DNA of 64,000 bases from an uncultured Syntrophomonadaceae bacterium (GTDB lineage Bacteria; Bacillota; Syntrophomonadia; Syntrophomonadales; Syntrophomonadaceae): the NCBI GenBank assembly GCA_964623245.1, contig CAZUSS010000001.1, forward strand, positions 30,821-94,820. The letters run 5' to 3'. Positions 30,484-41,200 of the stretch are shown here, piece after piece. A program made the position numbers and the translations under genes. Positions within the stretch are counted from its first letter, which is position 1, and the number at the start of each line of letters is the position of its first letter. The notes under the pieces were generated by a model. The model was not told where the DNA came from and did not search any database. It saw only the letters and a program-made list of their open reading frames with translations.

Positions 30484-30906
30484 CTATTCCAACTCCCTTT
30501 CCCATTTTGTGCTGCCCTTTTTGATTAATGCAAAATGTATTTGAATTGTGGCCAATAAAGTGTCCCTATCATCGTAACAATCTACCTGCCAAGCCGATAC
30601 ATTCCTACCCTTAGATAGTATCTGAGCCTCTGCCCTTACCTCCCCCGATTTTACTGGCCTAAGAAAACTAACGGATAAGTTAGTTGTAGCTGCCGGCACC
30701 ATATCGTATGTATAGATTAACCCTACCATTGCCACACTATCAGCAAGAGCTACTAGTGCCGCACCATGTATGGTACCATTGGGGTTTAAATGATGTGATT
30801 CTACCTCCATACTCCCTATGGCTTTACCTTTTTCCACATGGGTATATCTAATTCCATTAAGTTCCTGATAAGTCCCCTTAAGTACTGCATTAAATTTGGT
30901 TAACAA
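30484..30906 (-). CDS. hotdog-fold thioesterase (PaaI/YbgC-like)
   Basis: 140 aa with NPNGTIHGAALVALADS, typical of PaaI-type thioesterases. TTG start with AGGGGGG RBS. Confidence 0.75.
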   Translation of the reverse strand: MLTKFNAVLKGTYQELNGIRYTHVEKGKAIGSMEVESHHLNPNGTIHGAALVALADSVAMVGLIYTYDMVPAATTNLSVSFLRPVKSGEVRAEAQILSKGRNVSAWQVDCYDDRDTLLATIQIHFALIKKGSTKWERELE

Positions 30907-31038
30907 TTAAGTTCCCCCCTAAAAACTCTTTATTAATTAATCTACCATAATACTACTAATAATGACGAATCTTTTGTTATATTTATACACTTTTACTTCA
31001 TATACATATTTAAAATAAAAATTTTGGAGGCCTTAAGA

Positions 31039-32136
31039 ATGACTAAAATTAGAAATATTTTTCCGGGTGGTAACACCTGTTATGGTTTTTATTCTTTCTA
31101 TGATTATATGGTTCCCCTTGAAGTAGGGCATAAATATATTTTAAAGGGTGGACCCGGGGTGGGAAAATCAGTCCTAATGAAAAAAATAGCTACTAGCTTC
31201 AGTCAGCAAAATTACGACTTAGAATACCATTGGTGTTCTTCAGATAGTAATTCCTTAGATGGCATTGTAATTGGGGATAATGAAATCTGCTTTTTAGATG
31301 GCACTTCCCCCCACATTGTTGAAACTAAATTTTCTGGGGCTGTTGATGAAATAATCAATTTAGGTAGATTTTTAAATCGAGACTTATTAAAAAACAATAG
31401 GGAAGACATAGTAAAGTTAACTAGACAAATCGGCAGGTCCTTTACCCGTGCATATGGACGCCTAAAAGAAGCTAACATTGCTTACACAGAATTAAAATCA
31501 TACTATGAGGAAGCTATTGATACAAGTGCAATCAAGCGGAATATAAGGCTTCTGGCGGATGATTTTTTGCAATTAGGCAGTAGAAAAGAAAAAGCAGTTC
31601 GGCATTTGTTCCCTGGAGCTATTACACCAGAAGGTTTAATTAATCACCTAGATACCATCATTACTAAGGACACTACTTTATTCATGGTTAAAGGTAATCC
31701 CGGCACGGGCATTAAAAACCTATTTGACTATGTCTTTAATTTGATTGAAATCAATGAGTTTTATGCTGAAATCTTTCATAATCCTTTCCAGCCAGACGAA
31801 ATTGACCTAATACTGCTACCAGAAGAAAAATTAGCTCTAGTAGATGCAACTAACTTTTTTTTCGATTATACCAGTAAAATACCCAGCAGTAATTTCAAAA
31901 GACAGCTAGATTTTAATATGTTTATAGATGAAAGCAAGCTGGATATATACGCTAAAAGTATTGATTCTGCCCTAAATCGAATTGAACTAGGTATAAAAGA
32001 AGCAATCGAATTTATCGGGAAGGCTAAAAAGCTTCATGATAATTTGGAAAGTTATTATGTTGAGGCTATGGATTTCCCCAGTTTGGAAAAATATCAAGAA
32101 CAATTAATTAAAGAAGTAGAGGATTTTCTATATTAA
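31039..32136 (+). CDS. internally duplicated P-loop NTPase of unknown function (intact N-terminal Walker A, degenerate C-terminal copy)
   Basis: Start moved to the ATG at 31039 (GGAGG 8 nt upstream). The N-half carries FPGGNT...KGGPGVGKS...LDGIVI...FLDGT and the C-half carries FPGAIT...KGNPGTGIK...IDLILL...LVDAT. Confidence 0.7.
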   Translation: MTKIRNIFPGGNTCYGFYSFYDYMVPLEVGHKYILKGGPGVGKSVLMKKIATSFSQQNYDLEYHWCSSDSNSLDGIVIGDNEICFLDGTSPHIVETKFSGAVDEIINLGRFLNRDLLKNNREDIVKLTRQIGRSFTRAYGRLKEANIAYTELKSYYEEAIDTSAIKRNIRLLADDFLQLGSRKEKAVRHLFPGAITPEGLINHLDTIITKDTTLFMVKGNPGTGIKNLFDYVFNLIEINEFYAEIFHNPFQPDEIDLILLPEEKLALVDATNFFFDYTSKIPSSNFKRQLDFNMFIDESKLDIYAKSIDSALNRIELGIKEAIEFIGKAKKLHDNLESYYVEAMDFPSLEKYQEQLIKEVEDFLY

Positions 32137-33375
32137 TAGGCCTCTGACTATATCCCCTTTATTACCTGTATTGGGCGGTATATCTAATATAATAGGACTT
32201 ATAATTTTTAGCTCTTTATATTTTTTTAATAGTGTATAATTAATTTCACTTTTCCTGAGTGAAAGGGCGCTTAATTGATGATTTTTTGATATTAGGGCCC
32301 CCTGGCAAAAATATCTTACTTTTTTTGTAGGTAGATTATCATTTTCGAGTTTAAGATCAAACCACTTATTAGGAGTTGGGGCCATACCTTGCATTTGTTT
32401 TAGGACAGGCTGGATTAAAATATGGAATAATATATAGCCTGCATGGGGATTACCCGAAACATTAAATATTAATTTTTGCCCATAGCTGGCCACAAGTGTC
32501 TGCTTACCTGGCCTCAAATCCAGGCCTCTAACTAGGGCCCTAGCTCCAATTTTTTGTAGTGCGGCTGGAATAAGATCCCAATCCCCCGCCGAATTACCCC
32601 CAGTTATAATGATTACATCACTTAGGGCAAGTCCTTTTTCAACTTCTGCACAAATTAAGGTAAGATCATCGACCAGTTTTCCATTTCCTATGATTGATAG
32701 ACACCCAGCCAGTTCTAGTAAACTTAGAAACATACTCTGGTTGCTATTATGGATTTCCCCAAATTCTATATAACTGCCAGGCATTTGCAATTCGCTACCC
32801 GAATTAATTAGATAGCTTTTGGGTTTAGCAAATATGTCAACTTTATCAATGCCAGTATTAGCAATTTGTTCGATTATTAATGGGTTAAATGCTTGCCCCT
32901 TTTCTATTAAAGGCTGTCCTTCCTTAATCATAGCCCCCTTGTTTTCTATATAGGAATTCACTTTAGGTGCAAAAAATATTTCTACATCCCCTGGCCCTTC
33001 TTTGACATCTTCTTGTTTGACGACAGCTCCAGTATTAAGGGGAATTGGGGCACCGGTCATTAGCTTTACGGTTGTCCCTGGGTTTAAAGTGAGTTTGTTT
33101 TTATCTCCTGCTGGTATCCTGCCTATCTTTTGCAAGAGTAGGGGGAATTTCCCCGCACAATCCTTTATGTTAAGCGCATAACCATCGACTCTGGATCTTG
33201 GAAATGCAGGAACATCAATAGGTGCAGAGATATCCCGAAAGGCTACCCTATTAACTGCCTGATTAATGGATACTCTTTCTTTCCCCGTAGTCTTAATATG
33301 ATTACTAATTGTTTCTAAAGCTTTTTCTAGGGATAAATTATTCAGATTAATCTTGTCCCACCCCTTATAAATCAT
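32128..33375 (-). CDS. MoeA-like molybdopterin molybdenumtransferase family protein (stand-alone)
   Basis: MoeA N-terminal region (PAFPRSRVDGYA) and MoCF domain (TGGNSAGDWD, in place of the usual GGVSVG-type motif). The 3' end overlaps the convergent ATPase gene by 9 nt. Confidence 0.7.
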   Translation of the reverse strand: MIYKGWDKINLNNLSLEKALETISNHIKTTGKERVSINQAVNRVAFRDISAPIDVPAFPRSRVDGYALNIKDCAGKFPLLLQKIGRIPAGDKNKLTLNPGTTVKLMTGAPIPLNTGAVVKQEDVKEGPGDVEIFFAPKVNSYIENKGAMIKEGQPLIEKGQAFNPLIIEQIANTGIDKVDIFAKPKSYLINSGSELQMPGSYIEFGEIHNSNQSMFLSLLELAGCLSIIGNGKLVDDLTLICAEVEKGLALSDVIIITGGNSAGDWDLIPAALQKIGARALVRGLDLRPGKQTLVASYGQKLIFNVSGNPHAGYILFHILIQPVLKQMQGMAPTPNKWFDLKLENDNLPTKKVRYFCQGALISKNHQLSALSLRKSEINYTLLKKYKELKIISPIILDIPPNTGNKGDIVRGLLI

Positions 33376-33384
33376 GGCCTGGAA

Positions 33385-34680
33385 TTATATCTTTCCTACC
33401 AGCTTTTGTCCAATTTTTTGCGCTTGCATTATCACTTCATTCTCATCAAAGGTTTTTATGATCCGGTTTTCCATAATTATTTGCCCATCAATTATTACTG
33501 TATCTACATCACTAGCCTGGGCAGCATAGACTAGGTTAGCCATTAAATCATATTTCGGTGTCATATGGGCTGGGGCTAAACTTACTAAAATTAAATCCGC
33601 CTTCATGCCCATTTTTATCTGTCCTAACTCCTCCCCTACTCCCAAATTAAAAGCCCCATTACGGGTAGCTATTTCTAGGGCTTGGTGGGCGGGGATAACT
33701 GTTGGGTCCATTTGCTTAACTTTCTGCAATAGGGCACAAGTGCGCATTTCTTGCAACATGTCTAAGTCATTATTGCTGGAGGCACCATCTGTGCCTAAAC
33801 TAACTGGAATACCCAACTTAAGCATTTTATGTACTGGGGCTATCCCGCTAGCTAACTTCATATTGCTTTCGGGGTTATGGGCTACCCCCACCCCTTTTTC
33901 CAGCAGGATTTGTATATCTTGATCAGTAAGATGGACGCAATGGGCAGCCAAAACCTTTTGATCCAAAAAGCCTAATTCATTAAGATGCTGTACCGGACTC
34001 ATACCATATTCAGCCTCTATATCATTAAATTCAGTAAGGGTCTCACTAAGATGAATGTGCAGCATCGAATCAAGTTCCTTTGCTAAATCAATAACCTTTT
34101 TTAAATAATCAGGTGGACATGTATAGGGGGCATGGGGGCCTAACATAAACGTGATACGCCCATTAGCTGCACCCTGCCATTTTTTATGTAAATTAATGCT
34201 GTCGGTTATAGCTTGATCACGTTCAGGGCCAATTCCTACCATGCCCCTAGCTAGAAATCCTCTGATACCACTTATTTTAACCGCCTCTGCCACTTCATCC
34301 ATAAAAAAATACATATCCGCAAAAGTGGTAGTCCCGGATTTTATCATTTCTGTAATGGCTAACATAGTCCCCCAGTAAATATCTTCTGGACTAAGCCTTG
34401 CCTCTAAAGGCCAGATTTTTTGTTCTAGCCATTCCATTAAGGGTAAATCATCTGCATAGCCCCTCAATAAGGTCATAGCTGCATGAGTATGGGTATTGAT
34501 CAAGCCAGGTAGGGCTACTTTATCGGTACCGTCTAAAACTTGGGCATAATTGTTTTTAGGTGCTTCCCCTAGACCTAGCTCTGTAATTAAATTGTCCCCT
34601 ATAACTATGTAACCTTTTTCAATGGTACTTGTTTCTTCCCCCATAGGTAATATGCTTATATTTTCGATCAATATATCCAT
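33385..34680 (-). CDS. mtaD: 5'-methylthioadenosine/S-adenosylhomocysteine (5'-deoxyadenosine) deaminase, amidohydrolase family
   Basis: NTHTHAAMTLLRG metal-binding start, HLSET, GTDGASSNN. 431 aa. Confidence 0.85.
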   Translation of the reverse strand: MDILIENISILPMGEETSTIEKGYIVIGDNLITELGLGEAPKNNYAQVLDGTDKVALPGLINTHTHAAMTLLRGYADDLPLMEWLEQKIWPLEARLSPEDIYWGTMLAITEMIKSGTTTFADMYFFMDEVAEAVKISGIRGFLARGMVGIGPERDQAITDSINLHKKWQGAANGRITFMLGPHAPYTCPPDYLKKVIDLAKELDSMLHIHLSETLTEFNDIEAEYGMSPVQHLNELGFLDQKVLAAHCVHLTDQDIQILLEKGVGVAHNPESNMKLASGIAPVHKMLKLGIPVSLGTDGASSNNDLDMLQEMRTCALLQKVKQMDPTVIPAHQALEIATRNGAFNLGVGEELGQIKMGMKADLILVSLAPAHMTPKYDLMANLVYAAQASDVDTVIIDGQIIMENRIIKTFDENEVIMQAQKIGQKLVGKI

Positions 34681-34703
34681 AACCTACCTCCTCAAAATAC
34701 AAT

Positions 34704-35360
34704 TTATTGCCCCGTTTTAGTCTGGCCATAATCTTTAAATTCTTCATGCAGTTGTAAAATGTCCTTTTTAGATAGGCTATTAATTTCACCTAACCTGGCT
34801 GCATTTATAGCAATCATAGCCGTTTTTTCGGCAATAAAACAAACCCGTAGGGCATCGGATAAAGTGGAGCCTAGAGCTACTAAACCGTGATTAGCCAATA
34901 AGACCGCATTTTCTTGATTAGCTAAGCACTTAGCAACTTCATAAGCCAAAGCTTGACTGCCACACAAGGCATATTTAGCAACTTCAACGGGGTGTCCAAT
35001 TACTTGGGCGGTTTCCTCTAAAATTACGGGAATAGGCTGATTAGCCACCGCAAAAGCGGTCACATATGGACTATGTACATGGACTATGCCATTAATATCT
35101 AGCCTATTTTTATAGATTTCTATGTGCATCCTGCTTTCAATTGAAGGTTGGTACTGGCCTACTACAACTTCCCCTCTTTTATTTATTATTATCATATCCT
35201 CGGGACTCAGACTATCATAATCCATTCCACTCGGTGTAATAACGAATAATTCCTGATCAATACGGTGACTTACATTTCCCCAAGTCCCCATAACCAGATT
35301 GCTTTTATAAATCTCAATAGCGGTTGCATAAACTTCTTTTTTTATATTCTGGTAATCCAT
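34704..35360 (-). CDS. class II aldolase/adducin-family protein (MtnB-like; possibly a DHAP-shunt Ald2-type aldolase)
   Basis: GNVSHR, VHVHSPY and NHG motifs. 218 aa, immediately downstream of mtnA. Confidence 0.7.
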   Translation of the reverse strand: MDYQNIKKEVYATAIEIYKSNLVMGTWGNVSHRIDQELFVITPSGMDYDSLSPEDMIIINKRGEVVVGQYQPSIESRMHIEIYKNRLDINGIVHVHSPYVTAFAVANQPIPVILEETAQVIGHPVEVAKYALCGSQALAYEVAKCLANQENAVLLANHGLVALGSTLSDALRVCFIAEKTAMIAINAARLGEINSLSKKDILQLHEEFKDYGQTKTGQ

Positions 35361-35363
35361 ACT

Positions 35364-36395
35364 TTACCCCCGTAAACTTAAAATTTGCTCAGCAAAGGGC
35401 GGTTTCAATACCCCCTTTTCCGTAATAATTCCAGTAATTAGATGGTTAGGAGTAACATCAAAAGCAGGATTAAAGACTTCCACTTTAGGTAGGGTCAACA
35501 TGCTGCCCATGATACTTCTAACCTCATCAGGCTTCCTTTCCTCAATCGGAATTTCATTACCTTTACTTAGGGCAAAATCAATAGTAGAAATGGGAGCTGC
35601 GATATAAAAGGGAACCTGATGATGCTGGGCTAAAACAGCTAAGGAGTAAGTTCCAATTTTATTCGCTGTATCACCATTAGTCGCGATCCTATCGGCACCT
35701 ACTACGATTAAATCCACTTCCCCTTGTGACATGACATAACCCGCCATATTATCAGTTATTAACGTAACTGGAATATTGTCTTGGGTTAATTCCCACACTG
35801 TAAGGCGGGAACCTTGCAAGACTGGTCTAGTCTCACTAGCCCATACCCCTTTGATTTTGTTTTCCCTAGCCGCAGAGCGGATTACCCCTAAGGCTGTCCC
35901 ATAACCACAGGTAGCTAAATGCCCCGCATTACAAATGGTCATAACTTTACTGGGTTTATTAATTAAAGATTGCCCATATTCGCCAATAGCCTTATTAGTA
36001 GCCACATCCTCTGCAAACATTGCCTCGGCCTGTGATCTTAAAGCATTAACGATGGTAGGCAAATTTTCCGCAAAATTAGTCCAAAAGACATTTTCCATCC
36101 TTTGCAGGGCCCAAAACAAATTAACTGCAGTGGGCCTAGTAGATGCTAGTAGTTCCTTAACCTCGGTAAAGTATAGTTTCAGTTCATCTTTATTGCCTTT
36201 AAACTGAGCTAGAGCTAAAGCTAGCCCAAATGCAGCAGTAACCCCAATTAACGGGGCTCCCCTTACCTTAAGCTCCCGAATAGCATCGGCTACCTGCTCG
36301 GGGCTAGTAAGCCTTTCATGTACTATCTTTTCGGGTAATTTAGTTTGATCCAAAATAACTATACTATTATCTTCAAAGTAAATATTTCTAATCAT
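35364..36395 (-). CDS. mtnA: S-methyl-5-thioribose-1-phosphate isomerase
   Basis: eIF2B-like fold with VGADRIATNGDTANKIGTY. ATG at 36395 is preferred over the GTG at 36413, which has no RBS and overlaps mtnP. Confidence 0.9.
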   Translation of the reverse strand: MIRNIYFEDNSIVILDQTKLPEKIVHERLTSPEQVADAIRELKVRGAPLIGVTAAFGLALALAQFKGNKDELKLYFTEVKELLASTRPTAVNLFWALQRMENVFWTNFAENLPTIVNALRSQAEAMFAEDVATNKAIGEYGQSLINKPSKVMTICNAGHLATCGYGTALGVIRSAARENKIKGVWASETRPVLQGSRLTVWELTQDNIPVTLITDNMAGYVMSQGEVDLIVVGADRIATNGDTANKIGTYSLAVLAQHHQVPFYIAAPISTIDFALSKGNEIPIEERKPDEVRSIMGSMLTLPKVEVFNPAFDVTPNHLITGIITEKGVLKPPFAEQILSLRG

Positions 36396-36396
36396 T

Positions 36397-37179
36397 TTAC
36401 ATACCTGTTTCACTCAATATTTTCTGACAATCACAATCATTAGTTTCATCTAAATACTTGATGGTGTTCATTATCAATACCCTTACATCAGCGATTTTAG
36501 TTTTCATAATTTCCACCACTTCACTATGAGTCAATATAGTGGGTGAAATACCTGCAGCATAATTGGTTACAATAGAGATATTCCCATAACATATACCCAA
36601 TTCCCGGGCTAAGCAAACCTCAGGTACACTAGTCATACCTATGATGTGTCCGCCTAACATTTTGAACATCCTTATTTCTGCAGCGGTTTCAAAACGTGGT
36701 CCTTCAGTACATACATAGACACCACCATTATGAACTTTTTGCCCCTCTTCTTGGGCCGCCTTTTCGATGGCCTTCCTGACCCTTGGACAGTATGGGATTG
36801 TCATATCACAATGTACTACACCATCCTCACCTTCAAAGAATGTATGGTTTCGCACCTTGGTAAAATCCAGAAATTGATCAGCTAATACAAAATAACCCGG
36901 CTCTAAATCAAAATTAAGCGAACCTACTGCTGCCGTAGCAATAATCCTTTCCACCCCTAAATCTTTAAGAGCCATTATATTAGCCCGATAATTTATTAAA
37001 TGTGGAGGTACACTATGTCCCGATCCATGTCTAGGAATAAAGGCAATTTCCCGACCAGCGAATTTCCCTACTGTCACTTGTACTTGGCCGAAAGAATTTT
37101 TTTTAGTGATTTCTTTGACATCATCTAGTAATTCCGGATCATAGACACCTGTTCCACCTATAATTGCAGTCTTAATCAT
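36397..37179 (-). CDS. mtnP: S-methyl-5'-thioadenosine (or thioinosine) phosphorylase
   Basis: IIGGTG, PRHGSGHSVPPHLINYRAN, GMTSVPE. Start moved to the ATG at 37179 (AGGGGG RBS), which removes the overlap with ftsY. Confidence 0.88.
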   Translation of the reverse strand: MIKTAIIGGTGVYDPELLDDVKEITKKNSFGQVQVTVGKFAGREIAFIPRHGSGHSVPPHLINYRANIMALKDLGVERIIATAAVGSLNFDLEPGYFVLADQFLDFTKVRNHTFFEGEDGVVHCDMTIPYCPRVRKAIEKAAQEEGQKVHNGGVYVCTEGPRFETAAEIRMFKMLGGHIIGMTSVPEVCLARELGICYGNISIVTNYAAGISPTILTHSEVVEIMKTKIADVRVLIMNTIKYLDETNDCDCQKILSETGM

Positions 37180-37204
37180 ATTATAATTCCCCCTAATCTT
37201 TCCA

Positions 37205-38236
37205 TTAACCAAATAAAGCTTGTGTAAAATCACCTGCTACAAAATCCCTCAAATCCTCCATCCCTTCACCTATTCCTACCAATTTGACGGGGATATCTAA
37301 TTCTTGTGCAATGGCAAGTACAATGCCGCCTTTAGCCGTACCATCTAGTTTAGTCAAGACAATGCCTGTAACTGAAGTAGCCTCTTTAAAAATCCGGGCT
37401 TGACTAATGGCATTTTGTCCTGTTGTGGCATCTAAAACTAATAAAACTTCATGTGGAGCCGCGGGGATTTCACGTTCAATAATGTTTCTAACCTTCCCTA
37501 TTTCTTTCATTAAATTAGTTTTATTTTGCAGTCTACCTGCGGTATCAATAATCAAAATGTCGCTTTGACGTGCTTTGGCTGCACTAAGGGCATCAAATAC
37601 AACTGCACCAGGGTCAGCTCCTGCTTGATGCTTGATAAGGTCTACCCCAACCCTATCGGCCCATACTTGTAATTGGTCAATCGCTGCCGCCCTGAAGGTG
37701 TCTCCCGCTGCAAGTAAGACCTTCTTTTTTTCCTTTTTGTATCTATAAGCCATTTTAGCGATTGAGGTAGTCTTGCCTGCCCCATTAACACCCACTACTA
37801 GAATAACCGTAGGTGAGGCAGAAACATCTATATGAGCCTCAAAACCAGCCAATAAATTAGCGGCCTCCTCTATAAGTAAGTTGATAACTTCATTAGAATC
37901 ATTAATTTTTTGCTTTTTGACCCTGCCTTTAATATTAGCTACCAAGGCTAATGAGGTGTCAACACCCACATCTGCCTGGATTAAAATCTCCTCTAGCTCC
38001 TCCCAGAAATCCTCATCTAGTTTTTTGTTGCTGGCGATTAGGCTAGTAATTTTTTCGTTTATGTTGGCCCTTGTTTTGCTTAAGCCCTTGATTAGTTTTT
38101 CAAAAAAACCAGTTTTAGTGCCTAAATCCTCAGTTTCCCCAGTGGGTTTAGATTGATTAGAAATGACCTGATCCGTTTCCGGGTTTTCTAGACTATCGTC
38201 TGATTTCTTATTTTTAAATCTATTAAATACCGACAT
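37205..38236 (-). CDS. ftsY: signal recognition particle receptor
   Basis: NG domain with [14 protein letters not shown] and TKLDG motifs. Confidence 0.96.
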   Translation of the reverse strand: MSVFNRFKNKKSDDSLENPETDQVISNQSKPTGETEDLGTKTGFFEKLIKGLSKTRANINEKITSLIASNKKLDEDFWEELEEILIQADVGVDTSLALVANIKGRVKKQKINDSNEVINLLIEEAANLLAGFEAHIDVSASPTVILVVGVNGAGKTTSIAKMAYRYKKEKKKVLLAAGDTFRAAAIDQLQVWADRVGVDLIKHQAGADPGAVVFDALSAAKARQSDILIIDTAGRLQNKTNLMKEIGKVRNIIEREIPAAPHEVLLVLDATTGQNAISQARIFKEATSVTGIVLTKLDGTAKGGIVLAIAQELDIPVKLVGIGEGMEDLRDFVAGDFTQALFG

Positions 38237-38258
38237 CTTATCCCATCCTTTTAAATAT

Positions 38259-41200
38259 TTAACCTGCTAGACCTTCAGCTTCAGATAAATCCAGGGTTAA
38301 AATTGTGGATATGCCCTTTTCTGGCATAGTTACCCCATAAAGATTATCCCCAGATGCTATGGTAGTTTGGCGGTGAGTAATAATTATAAACTGCATATTT
38401 TGGGCCATATTTTTAAGAAAATTGGAAAACCTCACTAGGTTGGTTTCATCTAATGTGGCATCTATTTCATCTAATAAACAAAATGGGGCTGGCCTTAATC
38501 TCAGTAAAGCAAAAATAAAGGCTATACAGGTCAAGGCCCTCTCCCCGCCTGATAGAAGATTTAGGGACTGAGTCCTTTTGCCCGGCAATTTAACCTGTAT
38601 ATTAACCCCAGCTGCCAAGCTATCATCTTCTTCCTCCAGGGTGAAAAAGGCTTCCCCACCTTCAAAAATTTCTGTAAATGTATTACTAAAACTTTCATTA
38701 GCCATAGCGAAAAATTGCCTAAACTCCCTAAGCATTATCCTTTCGGTCTTCTCCAGTAATTCTTCTAATGTGCCCTGCCCTTCAGTCAAATCATCCAATT
38801 GGGAGCTTAGAAAACCTACCCTTTCCGTTATTACTTGGTATTCCTGAATAGCCCCTAGATCGACCGGCCCAAGCAGTGATAAATCTTCCTTAATTTTTGC
38901 CAAATGGGCTGCAAAAGTCTTAATCTCCTGGTTGGTATAAGATACTTCAATATTCTCGGGTATTTTGCTATCGAAGATATCCTGCCATTTTTCGTGTAAA
39001 TTGCTTAGCCCAGCTTCTAGTCGGGTTAAATTTAACTCGTAATTATGTATTGAAGATTCAAGCTTAGATATATCCTGCCTAATAGGGTTTATTAGATTTT
39101 TAAACTGCTTTATTTCAGTTTCATATTTTGCCACTGCTAGCTGTTGGTCCTTAATAGTCTGATTTTCCCGGACTAATTTCGCAGTACATTCTGCATTAGC
39201 CTCAGTAAGCATCACAATTTGGGCTTCTTCCTTTTTTATGGTATCAATAAGCCTATTTTTGCTTGCCATAGCATTATGCATAGAATCATAATATGAATCT
39301 TTAACTTGCATAAATTGTCCCATACTATGTTCAATATTGTTCAGTTCCTGTTCTTTAGCCAGCAAATAATCCTGGTAGGAGGATAGCCTAGCTTTCCCAA
39401 CTTCATAGTCCCTTTGTCTACTATCAATTTTCGCCCTAGTTAATTCAAGTTGTTCAGTAGTCTTGGTACTTGTCTCCTGCATTTTAGCTAAATCACCTTG
39501 TAGGGATATGATTTGTCCACCCAGATTATTTTTATTTTGGTTTAATGTTTCTATTTCATTTAATAAATTAGTTCTGGAATTTATTAAATTATCTAGCTCA
39601 TCTTTGCGGGCTTTTAATTGCTTATACAAGAGTTCTAATTTAAATTTGTTTTCGATATTTGTGTTTGTAACTACGGTTAACTCGCTTTCTATATTATCCA
39701 GCTTTTCATCCAGAGCAATTTTAGCAGCATATTTATCTGCTATACTTTGGCGCAAAACTTCCGCCTTTTGGGTAAGCTTTCTTTCCTCATTTTTTCTTTT
39801 GAGTGGACTATTTAATGCAGCCTTCCTATGACTACCACCAGTTATGGCACCACTAGTATTAAGGATTTCCCCTTCCAAAGTTACTATTCTAAATGGCAGC
39901 TTATATTTTTTAAATAAATAGATACTAATGGGCATATCTTCCACTATTAAAGTACGGCCGAATATATATGAAATCGGTTTTTGGAACTTGGCCTCGTATT
40001 GGATGAGCTCAGAAGCAATACCTAATACTCCTTTTTCCTTTTTAAGTTCACTTAATAAAAGATGATTCAATTTGGCTACTTTTAATATATCAAGGGGGAG
40101 TAAGGTTACCCGTCCCATTTTGTTTTCCTTGAGGAGGGTTACTATTCTTTGTGCATCTTGGGTTCTTTCTACAATTATATTTTCTAATCCCCTACCAGCT
40201 GCAGTTTCTATGGCGATCTCTAAGCCATCTGCCACTCGTATTACTTCACCTACGATACCCATAATGCCGGGAAAACTGTTTTGTAGGCTAAGCACTTCTT
40301 TAACTGCTGCAGAATATCCCATCAGCTTTTCTTCACTATCTTTGATGGTTAGTAGGCGGTTTTCAACTAAACGCAGCTCATTTTCCAAATCTCTATGGGC
40401 TTGTAATATTACTTGTAATTTTGCCCAGCAATCCGCTTTATTTTCCTGTAAATTATTTTCTTCTGCAGATATTGCTTGTATGGCAAGTGTCAATTCACTT
40501 ATTTCTTCCTCCATTTCCAGGAGGCTATGACGGGAAAAATTAATATTATGGGCCAGCTCATCCTTTTTTATAGTAAGTCTAGTCCCTCTCTCCCGTATCC
40601 TGCTTATGGTATTTTCCTTTTCATTAATATCATTTTTAAGCTTAGCTTCATCTTCTAGGTGTGTAAATATGTAAGCCTTTTCTGCTTCAAATTTTTCTTT
40701 TAATAAGCCAATTTCATGTTCAAAACTTCTTAATTCATTAACGATTTCATTATATTCGCCTTTTTTTTGTTCATATGCTATTTTTTGTGCTTGTAGATCA
40801 CTTTGTCTATTGGCAACCTCGAGCGAAATGTTAGCTAACATTTCCTTGTATTTTTCTGCATCTATTTCTGCTGTTTTTAGTCCTTCAGTATAACTTTTAA
40901 TCCGCTCCTCGCTAATCCTAATATCAGCAATAAGGCTTTGTTGTTTGTTTTCCGTTAGATATACCGTTTCCTTAAGGCGGTTAAGCTCTAGCCTAGCCTC
41001 GGCTAGTAGTTTTTCATTATGGTCCAAGTGGCCTATATTATCAGTTTCAAGATTTTTCAATTCAGCCCATTGCTTTTTTAATTTTTCCAAATTAGTTAAT
41101 TTGTTGTGGTAATCTTTTAATACTTTATTTGTTTCAAATTTCAATAATTCTTGTTCTAGCCTAGCTTGTTCCTGGGATAGTCTTATATGTTCCTTCGCTT

